The notes beneath the pieces were generated by a model. The model had not been told where the DNA came from, did not search any database, and saw nothing but the letters and a program-made list of their open reading frames with translations. Shown here in pieces: positions 38,601 through 55,198 of a stretch of 64,000 nt of DNA. The DNA is from Haliotis rufescens (taxonomy: Eukaryota): NCBI RefSeq assembly GCF_023055435.1, contig NW_025964001.1, forward strand, positions 4,216,001 through 4,280,000, read 5' to 3'. The first letter of the stretch is position 1. Each line of letters starts with the position of its first letter. The translations under genes were made by a program, and so were the position numbers.

Positions 38601-40342
38601 ACAAAATATCGATTCATACCTTAAATGTTTACTTTAATGGCTGTTACACCAAACACTAATTAGTAGTGAACAAGTAAATATTTTCATCTGTTGTGTCATA
38701 TTTGACACTGCCAGCTGTAAATCGTCAGTGTGCCAGGTATTTGACTATCCTGTCTATGAAAAAGGTGGCTTACACACCACAGATAAGAGCACTTACAAGT
38801 ATCATGATACGTATCGGATTGTGAACAAGGTATCGTGATGCGTATCAGGTTGCACAGTAGGTGTATCGTCCCAGCCCTAGTAACAATAGGCTTTTAAAAC
38901 AAAACAGGACAGGACAGATTCTCACTTGTCAGACAAAGTGAACATATCATTAAGCAGGTTATTTCTGGAAACTAACAAATGATAAAAACAGTTCTCGCTT
39001 GCTCACTCCTCAATATAAGGAACCTATAGCTTAAACTTTAACATATCTGATCATGTTCACGACAATACCAGTTTTATGTTCTATGTGCAACAGCTACTTA
39101 TGCCAAAGTGAATAATTCGAATAATTTGTCATAGTTGTGTATGTGAGGTTTACATGTCAGATGTGTTTTTGTTGGGTTGTCAGGGGCCCGCGTAAGTCTA
39201 ACGCGTAGTCGTAAGTCTATGTTAAAGTATGGGAGCTAGGATCACCTTAGCGCCACTATCTCTTTGTGGAACATAGGGCGGTGGGGTAGCCCAGTGGTTA
39301 AAGCATTCGCTTGTCACGCCGAAGACCCGGGTTCGATTCCCGACATGGGTACAATGTGTGAAGCCCATTTCTGGTGTCCCCCGCCTTGATATTGCTGGAA
39401 TATTGCTAAAAGCGGCGTAAAATCAAACTCACTCACTCACTCACTCACTCTTAGTGGATGAACCCCTGGATCAGTACTGTCATGTGGTAGTCACAAGACT
39501 TTATGAAATACATTCTTTCTTCAATTTTATTCAACTACAACTTGTTTTTCAGATGTAACACCTAAAACTGCTGACAGTGGAGACGTTAAAACAGCAGCTA
39601 AAAGGAGCTTACTATCTTCTCGAATTCGGCCAAGAAGTCAGCTGCCCCGATCAGGTCCATCAGCACCAACAACAGAACCTACATCTGAACCTCCGGCCTC
39701 GTCATCATCTACAACTTCTGGTCTCCCTCGTACCATGATGACAAGGAGACAGAGCAAGATAGAAATCAAGGTAGAATATTTTCAGGCGTCACTTGTCCAC
39801 ACTTTTCACATAATGTCTGTCATGTTAGCCTTGTACATATTTCACGTCTACTTGTTCCTTCAAATATAGAAGTCTCTGGTAGAGCGTAACTTTATGATTA
39901 CTAGATGTAAACTAAACATCAGCTTTGAATGAAACTAAATGGAAACAGTTTATTGACATTGTTGAAGCTACACAATGGCACATGTTCCGAAGGAAACCGT
40001 TATGGATATCACTCGCATTTCAGGCATAACTTGATACAAGCCCTTTCTTGATAATCTCAGATGTTCACAACTGATTACTTAATATTGACATGCCCAATCA
40101 TTCTTGTGACTTTCTTCCAGGCACCAATAGCAGTCAAGCCCCTTGGCTCGATCACAAACAGCCCTCAGAAGAAGCCTCCTTCTGCTCTCCAAGAGCCACC
40201 TAAACGAGTCAGCACCCTCAGCCTCAACAAAAGTCCAGAACTGAAGCACCTGCGGCGTACGCGGCAGCAGAAACAACATGAGCCACACAGTGAACAGCAG
40301 GGTGGAGACGGGGAACCCAAGAAAGACTGCAAAGTGCAGTAG
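14525..40342 (+). CDS. CENPF: Centromere protein F orthologue, about 4033 aa; join(14525-14662,15019-15231,16878-17127,17264-17373,18731-18941,19633-19835,20715-20927,21331-21513,22097-23378,24529-24694,25337-25464,26437-33647,34468-34644,35318-35575,36331-36459,37163-37316,37888-38523,39553-39770,40121-40342)
   Basis: N-terminus MSWVADEWKDGLPPRALQKIEQLEKQFERIKKEREQKQFQLESLEQ is the CENP-F N-terminal signature. Long E/K/Q/L coiled coil, basic S/T-P-rich tail, terminal CKVQ-stop as in human CENP-F. All introns GT-AG with matching phases; total 12102 nt. Confidence 0.9.
15019..15231 (+). CDS. CENPF: CENPF coding exon 2
   Basis: ALQAQKRK...DAETNK, AG/GT flanked, phase 0/0. Confidence 0.88.
15400..16645 (+). 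mobile_element. SINE (family C-related) interrupted by a minisatellite
   Basis: Head at 15400 and tail (CTTTCCTCCCACATT...AAACCCAACT) resemble 17591-17856. Confidence 0.55.
15583..16393. repeat. 35-bp minisatellite, about 23 copies
   Basis: Unit CCTGTAGTCCTGTGGTAGATRGGTCTTGTGTTRGG. Confidence 0.97.
16772..16863. repeat. (CCTCA)n microsatellite, about 18 units
   Basis: Directly visible; ends about 14 nt before the exon-3 acceptor. Confidence 0.97.
16878..17127 (+). CDS. CENPF: CENPF coding exon 3
   Basis: VSQLKTEL...PNVSN, donor GTGAGT. Confidence 0.85.
17264..17373 (+). CDS. CENPF: CENPF coding exon 4
   Basis: EISTLKNQL...TLQSQ, phase 1/0. Confidence 0.85.
17591..17856 (+). mobile_element. 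tRNA-derived SINE (family C)
   Basis: A/B-box-like head (GGTTCAATTCC) and shared tail GGAATACTGTTAAAAGCGGC; ACTC tail resumes after the nested insert. Confidence 0.7.
17857..18096 (-). mobile_element. Nin-domain SINE nested in a SINE tail
   Basis: TSD AACCCAACT at 17848-17856 and 18099-18107. Confidence 0.82.
18731..18941 (+). CDS. CENPF: CENPF coding exon 5
   Basis: AGTDMSKTISE...KKENE, phase 0/1. Confidence 0.85.
19157..19481. mobile_element. Tc1/mariner-type MITE
   Basis: TIR CCGTATTCGACGTAATAAGCGCCC/GGGCGCTTATTACGTTGAATACGG, TA flanks. Confidence 0.8.
19633..19835 (+). CDS. CENPF: CENPF coding exon 6
   Basis: IKNGSANLEL...QTNNK, phase 1/0; absent from the ORF track. Confidence 0.82.
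19860..20500 (+). mobile_element. Probable Helentron/HINE-like element with internal repeats
   Basis: Degenerate repeated units (CATCCAAACWTGGTACATG, CCATGGCAAC, TTTTGCTATTTAG); boundaries approximate. Confidence 0.4.
20715..20927 (+). CDS. CENPF: CENPF coding exon 7
   Basis: VLDLETK...QEIKQ, phase 0/0. Confidence 0.82.
21331..21513 (+). CDS. CENPF: CENPF coding exon 8
   Basis: GEAEQNRL...AIAEK, donor GTCAGT. Confidence 0.87.
21602..22090. repeat. 35-bp minisatellite, about 14 copies
   Basis: Unit ATGTTTATAGTTTTAATAAGGCCCAATGTGTTTTG; abuts the exon-9 acceptor. Confidence 0.97.
22097..23378 (+). CDS. CENPF: CENPF coding exon 9 (1282 bp)
   Basis: Coiled-coil ORF 22115-23386; acceptor TTGTAG, donor GTAAGT. 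Confidence 0.9.
23474..24046 (+). mobile_element. Helentron-associated (HINE/pearl-like) non-autonomous element
   Basis: Subterminal IR ATACCCCCGAC/GTCGCGGGTAT, TCCGTC microrepeat, three internal repeats (GTGCAAAGTTTGATTT), 3' hairpin TAGTGAGC-CCT-GCTCACTA. Confidence 0.7.
24230..24387 (+). mobile_element. tRNA(Asp)-like SINE (family A)
   Basis: GTCACGCTGAAGACCCGGGTTCGATTCC head, GCTGGAATATTGCTAAAAGCGGCGTAAA tail, ACTC repeats. Confidence 0.8.
24529..24694 (+). CDS. CENPF: CENPF coding exon 10
   Basis: LEAEHKSAC...LQETH, phase 1/2. Confidence 0.83.
24869..25094. mobile_element. Fold-back MITE (Kolobok-like AGGC...GCCT ends)
   Basis: Inverted arms AGTCTTGGTTCTCAGGCACTGCCCACATCATCATAAAGTTCATTG; related to 56671-57052. 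Confidence 0.75.
25337..25464 (+). CDS. CENPF: CENPF coding exon 11
   Basis: SQDVTIEKLK...NQLR, phase 2/1. Confidence 0.83.
26142..26264. mobile_element. Palindromic Tc1/mariner-type MITE
   Basis: TIR CTACTCAAAAGAAGTTAAGGATCACC, TA flanks; partial copy near 60244. Confidence 0.8.
26437..33647 (+). CDS. CENPF: CENPF coding exon 12 (giant 7211-bp coiled-coil exon)
   Basis: Within the 2448-aa ORF; acceptor TTTCAG ends 26436, donor GTAACG at 33648. Confidence 0.92.
34468..34644 (+). CDS. CENPF: CENPF coding exon 13
   Basis: VELVSLKAE...NHVEQ, phase 0/0. Confidence 0.85.
35318..35575 (+). CDS. CENPF: CENPF coding exon 14
   Basis: HESKVTSL...SSNTE, phase 0/0. Confidence 0.83.
35612..35911 (+). 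mobile_element. Nin-domain SINE with duplicated 5' end
   Basis: GATCCGGGGTAGAATAGGGCTTCAGCAACCCATGCTTGCCG occurs twice in tandem; CAAA tail. Confidence 0.8.
36331..36459 (+). CDS. CENPF: CENPF coding exon 15
   Basis: MLQKWESQ...DAGSQ, phase 0/0. Confidence 0.83.
37163..37316 (+). CDS. CENPF: CENPF coding exon 16
   Basis: TLQEKVDE...LISSM, phase 0/1. Confidence 0.83.
37888..38523 (+). CDS. CENPF: CENPF coding exon 17
   Basis: Basic S/T-P-rich region, phase 1/1. Confidence 0.82.
38532..38879. mobile_element. hAT-type MITE
   Basis: TIR TAGTGGTGGGACGATAC/GTATCGTCCCAGCCCTA; 8-bp TSD GTAACATT/GTAACAAT. Confidence 0.78.
39275..39448 (+). mobile_element. Full-length tRNA(Asp)-like SINE (family A) nested in a MITE
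   Basis: A box TAGCCCAGTGG, B box GGTTCGATTCC, (ACTC)n tail, TSD CTCTTTGTGGA/CTCTTAGTGGA; host MITE about 39183-39468 related to 56035-56128. Confidence 0.85.
39553..39770 (+). CDS. CENPF: CENPF coding exon 18
   Basis: VTPKTADSG...KIEIK, open frame, phase 1/0; absent from the ORF track. Confidence 0.8.
40121..40342 (+). CDS. CENPF: CENPF last coding exon
   Basis: APIAVKPLGSITNSP...KKDCKVQ-stop (CaaX farnesylation motif). Confidence 0.9.
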   Translation, partial: APIAVKPLGSITNSPQKKPPSALQEPPKRVSTLSLNKSPELKHLRRTRQQKQHEPHSEQQGGDGEPKKDCKVQ

Positions 40343-41221
40343 TTGTCACAATAACAGAAAACACAGCTGCAAGGTGCAGAGGTTACTGCAATTACAGATA
40401 ACAAAGACTGCATATGCTGCTGTTATCACAAGTAACAGATCATCTGTTATATTCCTATTACGTACAAGGTCCCCGGACGCTGGCAGGAACAGGACAGAAA
40501 CATTCTCTTCATTCCAGACCTGATTCTATTCATTCCTATTAAACCATTGAATACTCCCACCCCCATCATTTGGTGCACCCATTGCGGCTAGTCCCTCCTA
40601 CAGCAGTAACCCCTTCCCGGTGATGTAACAGAAAACAGGATGACTCCAGCAAATATTACGCCAAGGTTGAGGTGAACGGCCTGGAACTAGAGCAGACTCG
40701 ATGCTGCTGGTGTGCCCAGTGTCGACACAATGTTATCATTGTCCAAACATCATGATAGAGAGTGGACCATTCACATATATTTCTTGCCAAATATGTCAGC
40801 ATTAAAATATATAACTGTATCATCATCATTTCATCATGGTATGTGGAGATGCACATTTGTTTTCATCACTCATTGATGAAGAAATTATGACCTAAATACA
40901 TATTGTCCTGGGTTTTTTAATATTCATTTCATCACCATATAGACTGACGACAAATGTTATAGCATTTAAGTAATCATATTTGTTCTTGAGGCTGAAAATA
41001 GTGTATCAAATTCATTTCATTTATTAACACTAGTTTTATTTCATGTTAATAGCTTTCAAGTAAGCAGCATCTCCCTTGCTATAACCATGTGGTGATCCTA
41101 GAGCAGTATAGTTCCACTTCACCCAGCACATCGTACATCTTACTAAAATCTGCAGGCTGCCGTGTAGCGGAAATACTGCTGACTGAGGTTAACACCTTGT
41201 TGCTGTGTAACCTGGCAGCCA

Positions 41222-41279
41222 ATACTGTTAACATACTGTAAGCATACTGTTAGCATACTGTTAGCATACTGTAAGCATA
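41222..41279. repeat. 11-bp tandem repeat downstream of the CENPF stop
   Basis: (CATACTGTWAG) about 5 copies. Confidence 0.85.
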
Positions 41280-43357
41280 TGTTCATGAAATGTTTACTTT
41301 TAATAGTTTCCCGTCACATCCTATTTTTATGCTCACCCCATGGTTTCCCATCTCGAGTTTTACTGTTCACTAGATATTTAGGATATGGTGTATATTTCAA
41401 TACTTAAGTTTTTATGCAATTTTTATGCACTGTGTACATTCAACTTCTTGTCCATACGTCGTGTCTCGTGTATAAAAAGAAGGATATTTATTTTGTTCTG
41501 TACATATATACATAATAACACCTTTACTTATATAACTCTTTCATATCAGTAAGATTATAAGAGTTATCAAATATTCAGTTGTTATAGCTTCCTACTTCAC
41601 ACCTGAATTCTACGTCAAAGAGTTGTTTCCCTTTGCCCATGACCCCGAGCTCCTGTCTCACAGCCTGTATATCATGTATATATACAATGTATCTGTATCT
41701 GCACCCGTTGTACATGCCTACACTAATGTAACATCTATGTCATAAACATTCATCATGATCTACGTTGTTTTTGTCTCTGTCAGGCTCACACCAGTTTGGT
41801 CTGCCTCCAATCCGCCAATAATAACATGTTAACAGGTTATCTTACATTGCTGTTCACAGGAAACTGTAGCTGTCTTAAAATATGTATTTTCAGAACTCAC
41901 TTTTCTTTCTTTGTTTCACATGGTTATGAGAATTAATATTTTTTGTACAGCTACAAATTTCTGTGGTGAAAACAAAAGGTTGCATGGAATGACAGCTTAG
42001 CTAAAGTCTAGAAAATACTCGACAAGGTACAGTTTCTTTTGTATACTGAAAGACTTTGAAAATGCATGGTTGTTTATGACTCTTGATTTGGAACTCAGAC
42101 AACATTATTCCATTGTTGCATGGCTTCAGTCCTCACTACCACACACCCATTTCTTTCTTTTTTCACCTGTCAGTTCGCTGAAAATAATGACAGGGATGTG
42201 CTTCAAGCCAAATCCATACCAATATAGCCCCATTCAAATACATGAATGATAGTTCCTTCACATTTAAGAAGGGTTTCATTGCAATACACATCCTATGCTT
42301 CACAATTTGTATAACACACAATAGTCAAGTCATACTAAACATGTTGGCAAGGGTGTTAACTGAAAGTCTGTAGAGAACTAGGGTCTCAACCAGGTTAACC
42401 AACCTTGTACTATAGATAATGTATTTGGCCCCTACAAGAGTGCATGTACATGCAGTGGGGTGCTTAGGTTTAATATTCACACAGGAATGCCAGAGTTTGC
42501 CTTGGTCAGTTCAAACCATGACAATCTAAAATTGATCCAGCATCAGTGCTTCCCTTTGATGTAACGGACGATGTGCTTGGTATTTGAACATGCGGGTGTA
42601 AAAGAATAAATCTTGTTCGAATTATTTTAGTAAAACTTGTGATGCGTAAAGCACCATTCTCACGTGAGTAATGAGATATAACTCGTTTCAAACATCTTCA
42701 AAAACAGACGTCATAAATCAAACGCGCATCATTGGTCATTGACAGGTGTCATCGCCTAAGAGACAATAAGTCACTTTCTGTATATATATGCGCTCCTGGT
42801 GAAACAATGCCGATGTCAACAATTGGCTCGGCAGTACCCGAGGGCATGCGTCGAGACACTGGTCACGTGATGAAAATATTGAATCAATTTGACAATAAAA
42901 GGTCGTTGTAAAGATTGCTAATTCAGTGATATATTGGTAGCTCTTCTGACAATGTATACTGTGCCTGGTTTCAACACTATTCTTGACCCATCGCGGCGAG
43001 CAGGAATGTCTGGCAAAGATATTTCCACTACTCGTGTTATACATAATAAGAGGTAAGATTAATCATGTTCATTTCAAACTGTCAGTTCATGTTTGCAGAC
43101 ACGTGCAGCATATCCGTGAAGTTTAATGTAAAGTGATTGACTGGAACACGGTTTAGTTATTAAATGTCATACCGTGTACAGAGATACACAAGTCAAAGGG
43201 ATTTATTTGTCTTCCATTACATGTGAATCCCGTGGGTTGTAGTGAAGACCGATTCCGCACACAATTTCATAAATATATTCCCAAAATTATTCATGATCCC
43301 TATCTTTCTTTCTTCAGTTCTTTGAACGGCATTTAGAAGTGATACACTTAAGGATGA

Positions 43358-43524
43358 GAATTTATGGATGTCAACTTCTTTATTGTGAGGATCACAACGT
43401 TTCGGTATATATACTTACTCCATCAGGTGAATAATGAAGGAGTAAGACCATTCACCCGATGAAGGGGTAAGCATATACTCCGAAACGTATTCCTCATAAT
43501 AAAGAAGTTGACATCCATAAATTC
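43358..43524. mobile_element. Inverted pair of Penelope-like terminal-repeat fragments with minimal hammerhead ribozyme motifs
   Basis: About 75-bp inverted arms; each reads ATTCAC-CYGATG...stem...-GAAACGT...AATAAA. Confidence 0.7.
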
Positions 43525-43692
43525 CCCTCTATTCTTTGTTTAGCATATCTAGAATCACCTTTTTGTCGGTATTTACAAGATGCTATTCCATATCATGTGA
43601 CTGGTTATACATAAGTCATGGTCAAGAGACGAGAGGTGAGTTCAGGTGAAATGTGGTTAACGTCACTTTCCAAATTATTGTACTTATATAGG

Positions 43693-43694
<2 letters not shown>

Positions 43695-43743
<49 letters not shown>
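43695..43743. repeat. (GT)n microsatellite
   Basis: About 24 GT units. Confidence 0.98.
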
Positions 43744-43744
<1 letters not shown>

Positions 43745-43945
43745 TTGTTTGATCTATTCTCGACAAATGTCGGTTTCATAGTGTTAGCCCAGTGAGACAC
43801 TATGCCGCAGTTTAACACGGATACCCTACTCAGACACGTATACTGACCCCGAGCCGACCAGCCCTTGTTTTAGCCCCGTAATGCCGAGCGCCAGGCAGGT
43901 TGAAAACCAAAGACCATCTTTTAACGTCGTTTGGTATGGCGCGAC
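43744..43945 (-). mobile_element. SINE family D, 5'-truncated
   Basis: Aligns with 60955-61140 (CAGTTTAACA...ACTCAGACAC...TAATGCCRAGCGCC). Confidence 0.55.
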
Positions 43946-45127
43946 ATTCCCCTTTCCGGGCATGGTCTATTCTATGGACTTCGGATGCGGTCCCACTGAC
44001 GGGAAAATGTGCCCCTCAGCCAAGCTAGGGTTAGACAAGGTGCTCCAGGGCACCACAACCTCTACCCCCAGGTGCTGACGCAACGCACGTGTTTTTACAT
44101 TCGTTATTGGTTGAACCACCAATCGGAGTGAGTGAGTGAGAATGGTGTTGCGCCGCTTATGGCAATATTCCCGTAAGGTCATTGCGGGGATTCAAAGAAT
44201 GGGCTTCACACATTGAAAATCAAATAAGAAAAAGAAGACATATATTCAGCGTGAATTCTCTTTTATACTAATTCATAAAGGATATCATGTCACGCCCTGT
44301 CGACCCGTGTCTTTCTGTAGAAATCTATCAGTATAAGTGCAAGTACGATGACATGGGTCGGTAACAGTACAAAAAACGTAAGCTTGACTATAGCACTATC
44401 TTATTCCATTGAACATTATGAATATTTCCCCTGTCTAAGCATTGAAACAGTTACAAACCTTTAACTAACCATTTCAGCGTTTTTACTTATTTATTCATTA
44501 TGATATATAATTCATATAAACCAAGCAAATTAACTAAGACACAACATTGTCTGGATAACAGTGCTGAGAAGTCAAATGTCCATGTTGACTGTCAGAATAC
44601 GGTGGAACTCACTCCCCTGGCCTTCAGTACGACCATTTTGCTCCTTCCATGTCGATTTACGGCAAGAGTACATTTCATTCATGATTTTCAAAAGCCTACG
44701 TAATACTTGTTAATAATTATGTTGTTAGGCCTATTATGAGCAAACGCCCTGATCGAGATTTATAATTTCTGTTTACCATTAAAGCTATCAAATTACTTCA
44801 CACTCATGTGCGTTCAACACAACAAACTGAATAAAACACACATCTCCCAATCATTATCTGATCCACTATTATTCTTAATGTGGGTATAAATTGATATATT
44901 TTAATTCCACACACTTTCTTCCAAATCATGTTTCGAATTCCGCTAGCAACACAGTTTTGTTTACATTACTCTATCATTTACTTGGATCCATGGTTCAATT
45001 TGTAAATACCATGTATTCACGGATCTTCAAAACAAGGACCTAATCATGATACTTTTTTTTATGTTTGTGTCTTGTTCCAACACTGCATGGATGCACTGGA
45101 TGAATGATCAAGCGCGTCCATTCTTTT

Positions 45128-45368
45128 GCCCAATGGTGTGAAATGACAAGTTGAGGCAGGGACAGCAAGGTGTTTTTGTCTTTCTCTCGCCTATACCTTC
45201 CTCTTTCTTTCCACCCTTTTGCCTGTCTGTCCCCCTCCACTCCGTTCTCGCTGCTACCCCCCTCCACTGTCCGTTCTGGCTGCTGAACCCTCCCTCCGAC
45301 CCACCCCCATCTCTCACTCTTTTTTTGCGTATACCTTGTCACTGAAACTGATTATGAGAGCTGAGGGT
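45128..45368 (+). ncRNA. Third, divergent copy of the same C/D RNA upstream of PSMC6 (possible pseudogene)
   Basis: Same 5' and 3' blocks and intact guide plus D box (45361-45364), but the C box reads ATGGTGT and part of the internal stem 3' strand is deleted. Confidence 0.6.
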
Positions 45369-45427
45369 GTTGTTGATCAAACAATAGGTAAGAAATATTT
45401 GTAAAATGTCTTTTTCTTTAATTTTGA

Positions 45428-45516
45428 ATGACAAGGCTCTTGAATTACAGTTTGCACCTTGGTCTCACTTCCGGGTCCACAAGACATATTTGGCGCATGT
45501 GCATTAAAACGGAAGT
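45428..45516 (+). promoter_or_regulatory. PSMC6 proximal promoter
   Basis: ARE-like ATGACAAGGC 45428-45437, ETS/GABP sites CACTTCCGG 45466-45474 and CGGAAGT 45510-45516, NRF1-like GCGCATGTGC 45493-45502, directly upstream of ATG 45540. Confidence 0.55.
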
Positions 45517-45539
45517 AGAGTGCGAGAAGACGAAACAAA

Positions 45540-52814
<7,275 letters not shown>

Positions 52815-52867
52815 CATCATCATGATGTTCAACCCTTGTCAGATGTTTCATGTATGCTTTCATTGTA

Positions 52868-52873
52868 AATAAA
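52868..52873 (+). terminator. Likely PSMC6 polyadenylation signal
   Basis: AATAAA about 54 nt after the stop codon. Confidence 0.6.
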
Positions 52874-52943
52874 GAAAATGTCATTATAGAAACTGCTAAT
52901 TTTGGGTTCTGTTATTACTGGACAACATTACAGGATGGAAAGT

Positions 52944-53103
52944 TAGTGAGTGTGTATGGTTTTACGCCGCTTTTAGCAATATTCCAGCAAAATCATGGCG
53001 GGGGACACCAGAAATGGGCTTCACACAATGCACCCATGTGGGGAATCGAACCCAGGTCTTGGGATTGGCGAACGCTTTAAACACTGGGCTACCCCACCGC
53101 CCC
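52944..53103 (-). mobile_element. SINE family A
   Basis: Reverse complement of 39275-39448. Confidence 0.82.
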
Positions 53104-53519
53104 AGATGGACAGTGAGAATACTTTTTGAATGACAAAAGGACTCTGCTGAAACAATTCAGTTAAGGGACCACTAATTTTAGTTCGTTATAACCATATACA
53201 ACATATACACAGCAAATGGCTGGGACAAAAACAGTTCCTTATATCTGCCAGTTTGTTATAAACGTGTCCATTATAAAAATAGTTCTTGTTTTCTTACATA
53301 GACAATGGTACTGATCTATTAACTTCAATTGTGTAGTGTGCATAAATTCAACACTTGGTGTTCTAAATTAAGCTCGAAAGTCATTGGATTTTTGTCTACT
53401 CAGTATAGGTATGAATAAGTTTATAAAGCCATATTTGGTTTGGCTGAAATTGACCTCACAATCATGTTTGGAATTGCCAAGGGCGTAATGACACATGTCC
53501 TCCCGGTCCATATGCAAAA

Positions 53520-53757
53520 AGATCCGGGGTAGAATAGGTCTTCAGCAACCCATGCTTGCCGTAAGTGGTGACTTACGGGATCGGGTGATCAGGCTTGCTG
53601 ACTTGGTTGATGCATGTCATCGATCCCAATTGCATGTATCGATGCTCATGATATTAATCACTGGATTGTCTGGTCCAGACTTGATTATTTACGGACCGCC
53701 ATCACACACTGTAGCTGGAATATTGCTGAGTTTGGTGTTAAACAACAAACCAACCAA
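53520..53757 (+). mobile_element. Nin-domain SINE, headless
   Basis: Exact 12-bp TSD CCATATGCAAAA at 53508-53519 and 53758-53769. Confidence 0.85.
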
Positions 53758-55168
53758 CCATATGCAAAAGGTTTTGGTGCACCATAGGACTTTTGAATCT
53801 CCTTAAGTACTTTGTAACAAGTAGTTTTATTTCCTTTCTGTTTAATTAACATGCTGTGGGCTCTTGCAGTTTATTATTTCCATGGCACTATTTGTCTTGA
53901 GTTGCCAGACCCCCTTGTTATAATGGACTGTTTGAGAAGTCTATAGTAAGTACTGTTTCTCTCAAACTGCATGCATATCTGCAGCAGGGTCCATCATTGT
54001 AATGAGGATGTTTTTTGCATCAGTACTGAAAAAAACTTGAATGCGTGTCCTTTAAATTATACACTTGGTCACTTCCTTAGGAGGAGAATGGCTGGCCCAT
54101 CTGCCAAAGTTGGCTCTCAGTTGTGTTAGAAGCTGATGATCATGGGTTATAATTCTTGGTTTGTCAACTCTGTATCCTGGGGGCCCACCATATAGGGGAA
54201 AAGTGCCTTTGCAGATCACTTGAATTGTAAGAGGAATTCAGTTTGAATAGAGTGATACATTCCAAATGAGTTCCTGGCAGAAAGAGCATGTAATGAAATG
54301 AGGTCCTAAACACAGCCTTCATCAGGGAATAAGCACGAGGACGTGACAGGCTGTTTGAACATAATAAATTACCCTATATTTTTCATATTCCAAAGAAGCA
54401 CATATGAAATAATGACACACACACAGGAAATAGTTGATTTAAGTGCATTTTAATCAGACTGAATCATTTCATTGGATAGAATCTCTTTTTAAATAATTCT
54501 GTACAATTTGATTGCTTTCATATTTCATAGTATTTGCCATTTACAGGATGTTTGGACGGTAATATCCAAGGCGAATTGCATAGACAGATTTATGTGTTAG
54601 AATTTCTGTACAAAATTGTGATACATAGTACATCACATGACAAAACACACATTCTTGATAATATCATTTAAGTAATCCAATACATTGGATGTGACAAGAA
54701 TGAACATGATATGGTCGAAGTTTACGTATATTCAAACCATATTCAAGCTTCTCGTTTGATGTACAACAGTGTGTTTAATCTGTATATTGTTCAAATAATC
54801 TGTTCTGGTGATCCGTTATATTCTACAAAATATCATCACCACTTAAAATGTCTGGGAAATTTGTGCATCAATCACTTCCCATGAACCCTTGTCCAAAATG
54901 GCCGCTCCCTGAGGCTTCATCCACGTTGCATACTGAACAAGTCCATTCCTTTTTCACAGCTACACACATACAAAGGATAGTTCTAGCACTCTCAGTCAGA
55001 CTAGCTGGTGCAAGCTAGGCTCTACTCTTAAATATATATCAAAATAATCTTGTCAGGGTCCTTTATTGCACAAACTGTAGCCTGTCTAGACTACCACACA
55101 CATGGAATGCTGCAACATGGTCAACTCGGCAACACCCCCACATCTTCTATTGCTTGCACTACCCTAAA

Positions 55169-55198
55169 TCATTTTGGTGGCATCACCCGAGCATACAT
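55169..55198 (-). CDS. ASPP last coding exon
   Basis: Acceptor TTTTCAG then MYARVMPPK-stop, resembling the LYPR.. end of ASPP proteins. Confidence 0.8.
   Translation of the reverse strand: MYARVMPPK

Noticed and set aside
39280-39350. tRNA-Asp gene
   Set aside because: No proper acceptor stem or poly-T terminator; it continues into a SINE body and ACTC tail, has TSDs, and many decayed copies exist.
45040-45404. Short ORFs repeated at 45151, 48710 and 51214 (MRQGQQGV..., LKLIMRAEG)
   Set aside because: Frames are not preserved between copies; the conservation follows C/D boxes and stems, not codons.
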